32,000 nucleotides of DNA from Aliivibrio fischeri ES114 (GCF_000011805.1 NC_006840.2); one strand, 5' to 3'; numbered from the stretch's first letter, positions 1 to 8,910 are shown. Notes: generated by a model not told the origin, from the sequence alone. Numbers and translations are program-made.

Positions 1-342
1 AGATGCTTTGATTTCTTTTACTAATTTCTTAGCAATTAGCGTATCAACACCTTGTTTAAAATCGATGTCTTGGTAAAAATTCTTACCTGAGTGAACCGCA
101 TCTTTGATATCCATAGCACGAGCATCAACGCCACGTTTTGCTAGGTTACCACGAAGAATATCAACTAGTTGAGACAGTTGGAAATCATCTTCAGCTTTGA
201 TTTTGATGTTTTCGCCTTTAAGTTCAAAGCTAGCGTCAACGCCACGAAAATCAAAGCGAGTTGCAAGTTCACGTGTTGCGTTATCAACCGCATTCTTCAG
301 TTCTACATTATCAACTTCAGAGACAATATCAAAAGCAGGCAT
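1..342 (-). CDS. yajQ: YajQ-family nucleotide-binding protein (UPF0234); first 114 codons, 3' end lies beyond the window edge
   Basis: Absent from the supplied ORF track because there is no stop in the window. Manual minus-strand translation from the ATG (complement of 340-342) gives [100 protein letters not shown]... This is collinear with E. coli YajQ ([22 protein letters not shown]..). Confidence 0.85.
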   Translation of the reverse strand, partial: MPAFDIVSEVDNVELKNAVDNATRELATRFDFRGVDASFELKGENIKIKAEDDFQLSQLVDILRGNLAKRGVDARAMDIKDAVHSGKNFYQDIDFKQGVDTLIAKKLVKEIKAS

Positions 343-358
343 AGTTTTAATCCTTAAA

Positions 359-1411
359 TTAACGAGATGTTTTAATAGTATTCGATAACATGTCTAACAT
401 AGCCACGGTATCTTCCCAACTTAAACATGGGTCTGTAATAGATTGACCATAAGTTAGGTTATTTAAATCCGTCATTGGTTGGTTGCCTTCAACAATGAAG
501 CTTTCAGCCATAATACCAACAACTTTATTGCTACCAGATTCGATTTGAGCACAAATATCTTTGGCTACATCGAGTTGGCGGCGGTGTTTTTTCTGACAGT
601 TAGCATGACTAAAGTCAACGATTAGGTGAGGAGGCAAATCAACATCCGCTAAACGTTGACAGGCATCTGTCACTGAATCGATATCGAAGTTAGGCTTATC
701 ATTACCACCACGAAGGATCACATGACCAAATGGGTTACCCGCAGTGCGGTAAACTGTCATACGGCCTTGTTTATCTGGCGAGTAGAAAAAGTGAGAAGCT
801 TTCGCTGCACGAATCGCATCCATAGCAATTTGAATATTACCATTTGTACCGTTTTTGAAACCGACAGGGCATGATAATGCAGATGCCATTTCACGGTGGA
901 TTTGAGATTCAGTTGTACGAGCGCCAACAGCACCCCAAGTGATCAAATCAGCAATATACTGACCTGTGATCATATCTAAAAACTCAGTCGCTGTAGCTAA
1001 ACCCAGTTTGTTGATATCAAGGAGTAGTTTACGAGCCTTATGTAAGCCAGCTTCAAGTGCATAGCTGCCATCTAAATTAGGATCTGTAATTAAGCCTTTC
1101 CAGCCCACAATCGTGCGCGGTTTTTCAAAATAAGTACGCATAACGATGAAAAGCTCATCTTTATACTGTTCTTGAATGTTTGCTAAGCGTTGTGCGTAAT
1201 CCAATGCTGCTTCTGTATCGTGTACAGAGCATGGTCCCACAACAACTAAAAGGCGCTTATCTTTGCCAGTTAAAATTGCTTCAACCTGCGCACGAGATTG
1301 CTCGATATGTTCAGCAACATCGTCCGTAATAGGGTGAGCAGTCGTAAGCTCAGCTGGCGTTGGCATTGGGCCTAGAGGCTGAGTACGAAGTTCATCTGTT
1401 TGAAATGGCAT
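359..1411 (-). CDS. aroH: 3-deoxy-7-phosphoheptulonate (DAHP) synthase, class I, AroH-like isozyme
   Basis: The 350-aa ORF is collinear over its full length with E. coli DAHP synthases ([62 protein letters not shown]). It is closest by eye to AroH (N-terminal TDELRT; [15 protein letters not shown] versus AroH DFSHGNCQKQHRRQL). Confidence 0.85.
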   Translation of the reverse strand: MPFQTDELRTQPLGPMPTPAELTTAHPITDDVAEHIEQSRAQVEAILTGKDKRLLVVVGPCSVHDTEAALDYAQRLANIQEQYKDELFIVMRTYFEKPRTIVGWKGLITDPNLDGSYALEAGLHKARKLLLDINKLGLATATEFLDMITGQYIADLITWGAVGARTTESQIHREMASALSCPVGFKNGTNGNIQIAMDAIRAAKASHFFYSPDKQGRMTVYRTAGNPFGHVILRGGNDKPNFDIDSVTDACQRLADVDLPPHLIVDFSHANCQKKHRRQLDVAKDICAQIESGSNKVVGIMAESFIVEGNQPMTDLNNLTYGQSITDPCLSWEDTVAMLDMLSNTIKTSR

Positions 1412-1619
1412 AAAAGTTCGCCTGTTAATTCTTTTTTAATACACACCGATAAGATAACGGAAAACGAGAGGGGATGAAACCCAAAACTTTTATTGTTAGC
1501 CACAATAAGTAAATAAAAGTTAACTTGTTGTATCTTTTGGACTTGAGTTGTTGGCAATGTATCGGTATGTTCACATTAATAACAACATAAATGGTATTTA
1601 CGCGTTTACTGGAGCAAGC

Positions 1620-2504
1620 ATGACAGACACAATTTTACCGACACTTAATCGTGTTGCGAGTTTACCTTCATATCAATCAGAGACAGACTCAGACGCTTCA
1701 CTATATGTATCTATTGCTGCATTAATTCAAGAGCATTTGTTTTATCACCCAAAAGCAGTAATCAAAGCACCTGAAATGACGTCAATTGATGCTCAAAGTT
1801 TTGCTGCAATCATTGAAAGTGCGGCTGATGGAAAAACGCATTTTATTGATACACTAGCAAACGTGATTTTATCGAATGTTACTGAAGCGACAAAAGAAAT
1901 CAAAATTGCATTTTCAGATGCGGATAGCGCGGCTTTTGCAGGCCTTCTTGCGGGTCAACTAGAAGAGAAAGAAACCAATCCAATGATGGGAGTTCGAGGT
2001 GTAACTCGATACGCTTCTGACGCTAGCGCCGATCAATTTGCACTAGAGTGTGAAGTGATCAAAAAGGTCATTGCAAACACATCAGCAAGTGTGCAAATCG
2101 TCGTACCATTTGTTCGTAATTTAAGTGATGCTGCAACCATTATTGATCGCTTAGCGATTCAAGGCTTACCGCGTGGTTTAGATAGTTTAAAAGTACACTT
2201 TGTGTGTGATGTGCCAGCTGCAGCATTAATGGCAGATAAATTACTGCAATACTTTGATGGTATGGTGATTAATGTTGATACATTAACGCAGTTTACATTA
2301 GGCGTTGATAAGCAAAATGAAGCATTAGAACATCATTTTGAACCACAAAACGATGCGGTTATACACCTTATTGGACATGCTATTCAATCAGCTAATAAAG
2401 CAAATAAGCCAGTGTTAACCACCATTGATGAACTGGCTCAAAACCTTCGTATTCAAGAGTTGCTAGAGCAACTGAATGTCGTAGATGTTGTAGTTACAGC
2501 GTAA
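1620..2504 (+). CDS. Stand-alone PEP-utilising-enzyme C-terminal (PEP/pyruvate-binding TIM-barrel) domain protein, PpsA-C-terminus-like
   Basis: NPMMGVRGVTRYASD..FALECEVIKKV...VQIVVPFVRNLSDA..GLPRG.DSLKVHFVCDVPAAALMADKLLQYFDGMVINVDTLTQFTLGVDKQNE aligns by eye with E. coli PpsA NPMLGFRGAGRY..FALECEAVKRV..IMIPFVRT..GLKRGENGLKIIMMCEIPSNALLAE.FLEYFDGFSIGSNDMTQL.LGLDRDS. There is no ATP-grasp or phosphohistidine domain. The start was moved from the track start (1548) to ATG 1620, which has a GGAG about 7 nt upstream. Confidence 0.6.
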   Translation: MTDTILPTLNRVASLPSYQSETDSDASLYVSIAALIQEHLFYHPKAVIKAPEMTSIDAQSFAAIIESAADGKTHFIDTLANVILSNVTEATKEIKIAFSDADSAAFAGLLAGQLEEKETNPMMGVRGVTRYASDASADQFALECEVIKKVIANTSASVQIVVPFVRNLSDAATIIDRLAIQGLPRGLDSLKVHFVCDVPAAALMADKLLQYFDGMVINVDTLTQFTLGVDKQNEALEHHFEPQNDAVIHLIGHAIQSANKANKPVLTTIDELAQNLRIQELLEQLNVVDVVVTA

Positions 2505-2526
2505 CTTAATATTATTAAGTAGCAAT

Positions 2527-2568
2527 AAAAAACGCCTTTATTTCGTTAAGCAATAAAGGCGTTTTTTT
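2527..2568. terminator. Rho-independent terminator between convergent genes
   Basis: The aacgcctttatt (2531-2542) / aataaaggcgtt (2552-2563) stem is flanked by an A-run upstream and a T7 run downstream, so it can work on both strands. Confidence 0.7.
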
Positions 2569-2586
2569 GTATCATAAGCTGTTTAA

Positions 2587-3942
2587 TTATTTTTCGTCAG
2601 ATATCTTTTCTATATCAATAATCTTTGAACGGTTAACAATGATTTTCCAGCGGTGCAACTGCGTGCTGTAATCATCCATTGTCTCTCTAATGACCAAATT
2701 AATTAAATGACGTTTCTCAACAGATTCTTTACTGACTTGACCATCATTTAAGTGATAAATCTTTTGAGACCCTTTCTCCATTAAACGAGCGATAGGGCGC
2801 AAATCAATCAGCATGGTTTCACGAGTTTGTTCATAACCACTCATGAATTTGGTTATGGCCATTTTAGTTTGACTTTTATAGGCTAAAACCACTTCTTCAC
2901 GTTGCACAACACGGTGTTTACGTAATTTTTGAATATCAGAATCAAGCTCAGCAAACGTCATGTAATCAAGCCATTCTAATTTTCTTCCAACATAAGTATT
3001 ACTTGTTGGGTCAAGGTAGCGTTTACGCCACTTAGGTTGTCCTTTACGTATCCAACGCCACATTACATCACGTAAGTCATCCTTAAAGACTTCACGCATA
3101 GCATAGATAAATGAGACCGCAAAAATGAAAGAGGCTGTAATTTCACCCAAGAAACCACGAGCTTGAATCACCATCAATGACACAAAGATCATGACCACAG
3201 CCGTTGCACCGCCTTTTACCATACGCTTAATATGTTTACCTAAAGCAAGGTTCTTTTCTTTAAGCACGATAGGGAATTCGATTAAACGACGCAGTAGACG
3301 CATTTTGTTTGACATACGAGTAATATCTTCCCGAGCTTTACGAGAGTTATAACTCTTATCTAAACGATGCAGATCTTCTTTTTCACAGAAATCGATAAGC
3401 TTCTCTTTCACTTCTTTATATTCTTCATTACGCGGCATGTGCGCAATCAGAGAAAGAAACTTCTGCTCGGTGTACCAAGAAAGGTAATTGTCGATGTTTG
3501 CGTAGTAACGCTTTAGCGTATCGTCATAAGGTACATTACGACGTAACTTTCTAAGGATATCAATTGCGAGTTCAATAGCATCTTCAACTTCCTCGTGCGT
3601 AATGTCGTCACGAGTCGTATCGCTTAGTTGTTGTATCGCTTTTTCTAATGCAAGGGCATATTGATAGGCGTATAAACTCAAACTTAAACGATATTGTTCG
3701 CTCGATAAACGTCCACGTTGTGCAAGGCGAGAGTGCACAAGAGGTAGGTGGTTTTTATCACTAAAATAGGTTCGTTGGCTTTGAATCGAGTTGTAATAAA
3801 ACTCAGATTCAGAAATCATATCCTTGTTTAATCCAAGCTCACCAGGAATAAAAAGAAACATTTCTAGTTCATGTTGTTTGGATTCTTCAACAATATGAGA
3901 AATTTTTAGTGATAAGCCATCCTTCTTACCAACTGTAATCAC
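2587..3942 (-). CDS. Conserved hypothetical protein with a central two-helix membrane hairpin
   Basis: 451-aa ORF with a GTG start and AGGAA about 9 nt upstream. The charged helical N-terminal half is followed by two hydrophobic segments (GGATAVVMIFVSLMVIQARGF / ITASFIFAVSFIYAM) and a basic C-terminal domain. I do not recognise a family signature. Confidence 0.55.
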   Translation of the reverse strand: MITVGKKDGLSLKISHIVEESKQHELEMFLFIPGELGLNKDMISESEFYYNSIQSQRTYFSDKNHLPLVHSRLAQRGRLSSEQYRLSLSLYAYQYALALEKAIQQLSDTTRDDITHEEVEDAIELAIDILRKLRRNVPYDDTLKRYYANIDNYLSWYTEQKFLSLIAHMPRNEEYKEVKEKLIDFCEKEDLHRLDKSYNSRKAREDITRMSNKMRLLRRLIEFPIVLKEKNLALGKHIKRMVKGGATAVVMIFVSLMVIQARGFLGEITASFIFAVSFIYAMREVFKDDLRDVMWRWIRKGQPKWRKRYLDPTSNTYVGRKLEWLDYMTFAELDSDIQKLRKHRVVQREEVVLAYKSQTKMAITKFMSGYEQTRETMLIDLRPIARLMEKGSQKIYHLNDGQVSKESVEKRHLINLVIRETMDDYSTQLHRWKIIVNRSKIIDIEKISDEK

Positions 3943-4031
3943 AGGAAATTCCTATAAAAATGCTAATTCATACAGCAAGCATATCAGAGTTCGGGTATAA
4001 TCACCGAGTATTTTATTTAGGAATTGAAGTA

Positions 4032-4868
4032 ATGGTTAAAATTGGTCAAATCAACAAATTAGAAGTAACAAAAACCGTAGATTTTGGTGTCTTTTTAGAT
4101 GGCGAAGATTTTGGTTCAATTCTTCTTCCAAGTCGTTTTGTTCCAGAAGGCACAGAAGTAGGCGAAGCACTGGATGTGTTTATCTATTTTGATTCAGAAA
4201 ATGAAGTGGTAGCAACAACTGAAACGCCAAAAGCACAAGTGGGTCAATTTGGACTAATGAACGTGATCGGTACAAACAGTATCGGTGCATTTGTGGATTG
4301 GGGCATTGCTAAAAAAGATCTGCTTATTCCATTTAGTGAGCAACGTGGTCGTTTAAATGAAGGTCAATCAATCCTTGTTTATGTATACACAGATAAAGCC
4401 TCCGGTCGTATCGTAGGAACAACACGTTTCAACAAGTGGTTAGATAAGACACCAGCAAACTACGAGAAAGGTCAACAAGTTGATATCTTAATTGCTGAGC
4501 GAACAGATCTTGGTTACAAAGCCGTTGTGAATGGCGAGCATTGGGGATTAATTTTCCACTCTGATGTATTTGGCAAACTGTTCATTGGTAAGCAACTAAA
4601 AGCATTCATTAGTGATGTGCGTGAAGATGGCAAAATATCATTATCGCTTCAACGTCCTGGTAAAGCACGTATGGATGACTTAAGTGAAAAAGTGATTGCG
4701 ACATTAGAGAAGAAAGAAGGTTTCTTACCGCTAAGTGATAAATCATCACCAGATGCAATTTTTGCTGAGTTTAGAACCAGTAAAGGCACGTTTAAGAAAA
4801 CCATTGGTGGTTTATATAAAGCAGGTAAGATCACCATCGAAAAAGACGGTATTCATTTAGTTAAATAA
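4032..4868 (+). CDS. S1 RNA-binding domain protein, CvfB/YitL family
   Basis: MVKIGQINKLEVTKTVDFGVFLDGEDFGSILLP... shows repeated S1-like OB modules followed by a C-terminal winged-helix-like tail, as in CvfB/YitL. ATG 4032 with an upstream AGGAA is preferred over the track start at 3960. Confidence 0.75.
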   Translation: MVKIGQINKLEVTKTVDFGVFLDGEDFGSILLPSRFVPEGTEVGEALDVFIYFDSENEVVATTETPKAQVGQFGLMNVIGTNSIGAFVDWGIAKKDLLIPFSEQRGRLNEGQSILVYVYTDKASGRIVGTTRFNKWLDKTPANYEKGQQVDILIAERTDLGYKAVVNGEHWGLIFHSDVFGKLFIGKQLKAFISDVREDGKISLSLQRPGKARMDDLSEKVIATLEKKEGFLPLSDKSSPDAIFAEFRTSKGTFKKTIGGLYKAGKITIEKDGIHLVK

Positions 4869-4879
4869 CGTTTTTACCT

Positions 4880-4917
4880 AAAAAATAGCCCGTAACTATT
4901 CCTGGTCACGGGCTTTG
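4880..4917. terminator. Hairpin terminator, better suited to the minus-strand cyclase gene
   Basis: agcccgt (4887-4893) / acgggct (4908-4914) stem. An A-run on the + side becomes a T-run when read on the minus strand. Confidence 0.5.
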
Positions 4918-5029
4918 GGAAACGGCTCATCGCGAGCCTTGCGCTAATAATAAAATGGAAAGCATTACCTTATTTAGCGTAGTTCAAGGGCTCGTCCTGT
5001 CCAGTTTTTCTTCAGTTTATTTTCTGCAA

Positions 5030-6580
5030 TTATATATCTTGATAGTGAGTGATTTTATTACGCCCATTATGTTTTGAGTAATATAGCGCCTTATCTGCTT
5101 GTTCAATTACATCATCTAATAGTACGTTTGGTTTATTAATTGTCGTAATCCCAGCGCTCAGAGTAATGTCTTCATGAAGCGTATTATAGTTTGAGATTTG
5201 CGTACGTATTTGGTCAGTAAATTCAATCACTGACTCAATGTCATTATCTCGAATAAAAAGAATAAACTCCTCACCACCATAACGACCAGCTAATACGTTA
5301 GGGTATTGAGCCATTGTTCTACCCACGATAGCGATCACCTTATCACCAACCAAATGTCCGTAATTATCATTAATACGTTTAAAGAAATCGATATCCAATA
5401 AAATAATCGAATAGGGCTTAAATTTGTTATTACTGTTACTCGATTTTATGAGTGGCGATACCTTGTTATGAAACGTCCCACGGTTGTATAAGCCAGTTAA
5501 ATAGTCTCTATTAAGTACATTAATTAATTTTCTATGGCGATGGTTAAGTAACAACATCAAAATCAAGATTAAAGTCGTTAAGCTGATCACTAAAGTCAGC
5601 AAGCTATATAGCAATGTATTGGTTGGTTGATTTAATTCATCTCGAGAAATACCTGAAATGATCGCCCAGTCCAAATAAGGGTAATAGATAAACAACACAT
5701 CTTTTTGATACGTTTTATTATCTAAAGTAATTTGGTAAGTGTAATCCTCAATATCCATACGAGAATGATCACTTGAAGTGGTTTGGTGTTGATTCATCTG
5801 TAAATTGTACGCATGAGCAGACTGACGTATTTTTTCTAACAGTCCATCAGCGTGAGAACCAATTAAGTCACGAACATTTTCGCCTTCATAGCTAGGGTGA
5901 AGCAATAACTTACCATCTAGGTCGATGACATAGACATAACCAGTTTCACCATATTGATATTTATTTAACTTGCCTTTCAGTAAGCTTTTATCAATAAAGT
6001 GAAGAAGTTCGTCCTTATAAGCACTTGCTGATACGATAAGATCAGAATCAGGCAAGTAAACCGAGTAAGTGATTTTCTTTCTTGGCTTCTCATCTCCAGG
6101 GTTTGTCCATAAATACTCAACAAAATTATCATCATTGCCAATTTGTTGCTGAATATGCAGGTACTGGCCAACATTACGACCCTGAAAGATAGGGTGGTAC
6201 AGTAAATCCCCATTCGAGTTTAGAATGTAAGGATAGCCAGTGTCTCCAATTTTGCTGTCGTTAATATAGTCTTGTATGACTCTTTTTTTTTGCTCAGCAC
6301 TTAATACTGGAGAGTTTTGAATTTGAGAAATAAATTCAGCAGAGGTTGTCACTATGCCTTTTAAATAACGTTTGATAGATTCATTAAGTGCAGTGTCTAC
6401 AATATCGTAACTGGCTTCAATTGAGTTGTTGAATGCCTGAAAGGATGATGTTTTGATTGTTTTTTCAACAGATTTAAAGTTTTTGACACTAAACGTGAGT
6501 GAAATAGCAGCCATCCCAACCAGGAGTAAGATGATAATTGGTTGTAAGAACGATAAGCGCTGAAGACGAGATTGAGGCAT
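5030..6580 (-). CDS. Membrane sensor diguanylate cyclase (periplasmic Cache-like domain plus GGDEF)
   Basis: It has an N-terminal TM helix, a ~290-aa extracytoplasmic region with Cache-like YP/YV..D..G repeats (GDTGYPYILNSNGDLLYHP; GETGYVYVIDLDGKLLLHP), and a second TM helix. The GGDEF domain follows (RDYLTGLYNR ... GRYGGEEF). No RxxD I-site lies upstream of GGEEF. Confidence 0.85.
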   Translation of the reverse strand: MPQSRLQRLSFLQPIIILLLVGMAAISLTFSVKNFKSVEKTIKTSSFQAFNNSIEASYDIVDTALNESIKRYLKGIVTTSAEFISQIQNSPVLSAEQKKRVIQDYINDSKIGDTGYPYILNSNGDLLYHPIFQGRNVGQYLHIQQQIGNDDNFVEYLWTNPGDEKPRKKITYSVYLPDSDLIVSASAYKDELLHFIDKSLLKGKLNKYQYGETGYVYVIDLDGKLLLHPSYEGENVRDLIGSHADGLLEKIRQSAHAYNLQMNQHQTTSSDHSRMDIEDYTYQITLDNKTYQKDVLFIYYPYLDWAIISGISRDELNQPTNTLLYSLLTLVISLTTLILILMLLLNHRHRKLINVLNRDYLTGLYNRGTFHNKVSPLIKSSNSNNKFKPYSIILLDIDFFKRINDNYGHLVGDKVIAIVGRTMAQYPNVLAGRYGGEEFILFIRDNDIESVIEFTDQIRTQISNYNTLHEDITLSAGITTINKPNVLLDDVIEQADKALYYSKHNGRNKITHYQDI

Positions 6581-6690
6581 AAGATTAAAATCCTTTTAAC
6601 GGTATATGCAATTGTATTGGAAAGTATGGACTCTATCAATATGTTCTGATTTTATTCGGATTGAATGAGAAATAGACAAACGATTGATAA

Positions 6691-6733
6691 TGAAAAAAAA
6701 TTACTTGCAGACTGATTCTGAACTCGATAATAT
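6691..6733 (+). promoter_or_regulatory. Putative sigma70 promoter for the tRNA-Val pair
   Basis: A-tract (6693-6700), TTGCAG (6705-6710), 17-nt spacer, TAATAT (6728-6733), then a GC-rich cagcctcg discriminator 20 nt before the first tRNA. Pattern match only. Confidence 0.4.
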
Positions 6734-6753
6734 CAGCCTCGTTCTAAAGGAAT

Positions 6754-6830
6754 GCGTCTGTAGCTCAGTTGGTTAGAGTACTACCTTGACATGGTAGGGG
6801 TCGGTGATTCGAGTTCACTCAGACGCACCA
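6754..6830 (+). tRNA. tRNA-Val (anticodon GAC), copy 1
   Basis: 77 nt: gcgtctgtagctcagttggttagagtactaccttgacatggtaggggtcggtgattcgagttcactcagacgcacca. Cloverleaf with anticodon loop cttGACat, encoded CCA, near-identical to E. coli tRNA-Val(GAC). Confidence 0.95.
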
Positions 6831-6907
6831 TTCCTTCTGTTTGTTTTTGTCAAACAACAACTATTGATTTAGTCACAATAGGTTTTATAGAAGATTTAGA
6901 ACACAGT

Positions 6908-6984
6908 GCGTCCGTAGCTCAGTTGGTTAGAGTACTACCTTGACATGGTAGGGGTCGGTGATTCGAGTTCACTCGGACGCACCA
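6908..6984 (+). tRNA. tRNA-Val (anticodon GAC), copy 2
   Basis: Same 77-nt sequence except for positions 6 and 67 (C:G instead of U:A in the acceptor stem). Confidence 0.95.
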
Positions 6985-6998
6985 TTATTTAAACGAAG

Positions 6999-7024
6999 AA
7001 GCCCACCTAGTGTGGGCTTTTTTG
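6999..7024 (+). terminator. Rho-independent terminator after the tRNA pair
   Basis: gcccac (7001-7006) / gtgggc (7012-7017) stem followed by a T6 run. Confidence 0.75.
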
Positions 7025-7073
7025 TATCTGTGATTTGCTGTTTTATTCATTATTTTTAAAAGTAACTTTGTAA

Positions 7074-7985
7074 TTAGAAGCTATATTTCAATCCTATTGA
7101 GAGTGTGGAGTATAGATTATCTAGGCCAGCTGCATTTTCGGAAAAACTGGAATCATTTGTTTTGTTATTGACCTTTGTCATATCTGCATTGGCTTCAAAA
7201 TATCTGGTATAAGCATATTCGGTGTATAGATTCATATTTGGACCGAAGTTATAGTTATAGTTAATCGATAGAGAAACGGCATCAGAGTATTCATTACTTT
7301 TTTCATAGAAAGTAAGGTTTCTTAGGTAGTGGTTATCAACATCTTTGGCTTTAACCCAAGGGCTTAATTTTAATAAAAAACTAAACTCAGAGTTATCTAG
7401 TCTGTATTTCCCTGTTAGCCCAGCATAAAACATACCGAATTCTTGCTTATAATCAATGCCTACAACATCAGGAAAAGTTCCTACATCAGTACCGTTGTTA
7501 TATGAGTAAGTACCACCTAAATCCTCCCATTTGAATTGGTTATATTGAAATCCTCCTAAAGCGCCTATTTCGTAATTGTTTTGAATGAACAGCCAATAAG
7601 TGGTATGTAAGCTCGCTTGATAAGCTTTTTTCAAGGTTGTTTTTGGACTTATAGATATATCAGTAGGAAAATGTTGATTTTCAATGAACCAATCTCGGTC
7701 TTCCATATGGGCGTTACCATCATCGATTAATATAGACCAAAAATCACCCGTTAAAGTCCATCTTTGGTTAATATTCCAGTCCGTTTCTAATTTTATGATA
7801 GGAACATTATCGATTCTCCAATCAAGCTGACTTAGTTTTCTTCCAGTGTCGTCATATACAAGTTCTTTAGATGCTCCGTTTAAAACACCCAGCGAAAGAC
7901 CTAAAGATATATCTTTTTTATCGCTCTCAGCCATTGCTTCGGAGATTAAAACTAGGGGAGTGAGTATGAAAATTAACTGTTTCAT
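7074..7985 (-). CDS. Omptin-family outer-membrane protease (OmpT/Pla-like)
   Basis: Signal peptide, ISLGLSLGVLNGASKELVY..GRKLSQLDW (OmpT: ISLGTLSGKTKERVY..GRKVSQLDW). Catalytic pairs are retained by eye: MEDRDW (OmpT VDQDW) and KDVDNHY (OmpT DNDEHY). C-terminal GLKYSF matches OmpT GLKYTF. Confidence 0.85.
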   Translation of the reverse strand: MKQLIFILTPLVLISEAMAESDKKDISLGLSLGVLNGASKELVYDDTGRKLSQLDWRIDNVPIIKLETDWNINQRWTLTGDFWSILIDDGNAHMEDRDWFIENQHFPTDISISPKTTLKKAYQASLHTTYWLFIQNNYEIGALGGFQYNQFKWEDLGGTYSYNNGTDVGTFPDVVGIDYKQEFGMFYAGLTGKYRLDNSEFSFLLKLSPWVKAKDVDNHYLRNLTFYEKSNEYSDAVSLSINYNYNFGPNMNLYTEYAYTRYFEANADMTKVNNKTNDSSFSENAAGLDNLYSTLSIGLKYSF

Positions 7986-8409
7986 AAGTATGTTTGATAC
8001 TCCTATATTGTATATGTAAATTGGTTTTCTCGATGATGCTTTAAGAGTTCCTAATTAAGGTGGATGCCGTTTTAGCTATTTAAATGATGAAGCAAAAGGG
8101 GTGCAGAATTAGCCTTCAATTGAGAGGCATTGTAGGTTGATCTATTTTGAAGGGTAATTGTAAGAAGTTACAGGTACTGCTCTAGGGTATCTTTGTTATA
8201 TTGGTTTTATAAGTAGCAAATATAGGATACAAACATAGTAGACATTGATAAGGTGGTGTTTATTAATTTTACTGTGGATCCGTTATCTGTATAAATGCCA
8301 TAAACTCAGCAGAATCAAATGATAAAACCATTTATTACTTGTGCATACATCTTATTTTTATGACAATACTCGAAATTATTTATCAAACAGATGAAGTTGT
8401 GAGAAAAGT

Positions 8410-8841
8410 ATGAAACAGAAAAAAAGTATTATTCTGGTAGCGTCGCTAATGTCTTCGTTAGTTCTTACTGGTTGTGCGTCAAACGATGAGCTGATCGGAC
8501 AACAAAAGCAGCATGCAGAACAAATTAACACCTTAGAATCAACGGTAAGTACGCTAGAGTCTCGAGTAACAACGTTAGAGAACGAGCTACAAGCGCAAAA
8601 AGAAATAGATAAAGATATTTACCAAGAAGTAAACAAGCTAAATACAGAGCAAGGTAAATTGAAACAGCAAGCACAACAACAAGTTGAGCAAGCAGATAAG
8701 TTCTACACAATTAAACAAGATGATACGCTTTACAGCATTTCAGTAGAGTTTGGTTTAACAGTAGATGAACTACTTCAATTAAACCCAAAAATTGAAAACC
8801 CAAGACGTCTACTTATTGGACAAATCATCAACATCAAATAA
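8410..8841 (+). CDS. Lipoprotein with an Lpp-like coiled coil and a C-terminal LysM peptidoglycan-binding domain
   Basis: Lipobox LVLTGC. Heptad-like segment INTLESTVSTLESRVTTLENELQAQ. C-terminal LysM: YTIKQDDTLYSISVEFGLTVDELLQLNP...LLIGQIINI. Confidence 0.75.
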   Translation: MKQKKSIILVASLMSSLVLTGCASNDELIGQQKQHAEQINTLESTVSTLESRVTTLENELQAQKEIDKDIYQEVNKLNTEQGKLKQQAQQQVEQADKFYTIKQDDTLYSISVEFGLTVDELLQLNPKIENPRRLLIGQIINIK

Positions 8842-8860
8842 TGGTGTTAAATAAGTAACG

Positions 8861-8890
8861 AAAAGCCGCTAATCAATAGCGGCTTTTTTT
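8861..8890. terminator. Bidirectional rho-independent terminator (copy A)
   Basis: aaaagccgcta-atcaa-tagcggcttttttt: a symmetric hairpin with an A-run and a T-run. Confidence 0.8.
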
Positions 8891-8910
8891 ATGGTTTGCG
8901 GAGGTGTGGG

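Noticed and set aside
169-388. Two + strand ORFs from the track (169-357, 197-388)
   Set aside because: They lie antisense to a clear YajQ coding sequence on the minus strand (1-342) and have low-complexity translations. They are shadow ORFs.
1517-1526. AAGTTAACTT palindrome upstream of aroH as a TrpR operator
   Set aside because: It shares only the central GTTAAC with the E. coli trp/aroH operators. The flanking CTAG elements contacted by TrpR are missing, and 10 bp is too short to be meaningful in AT-rich DNA.
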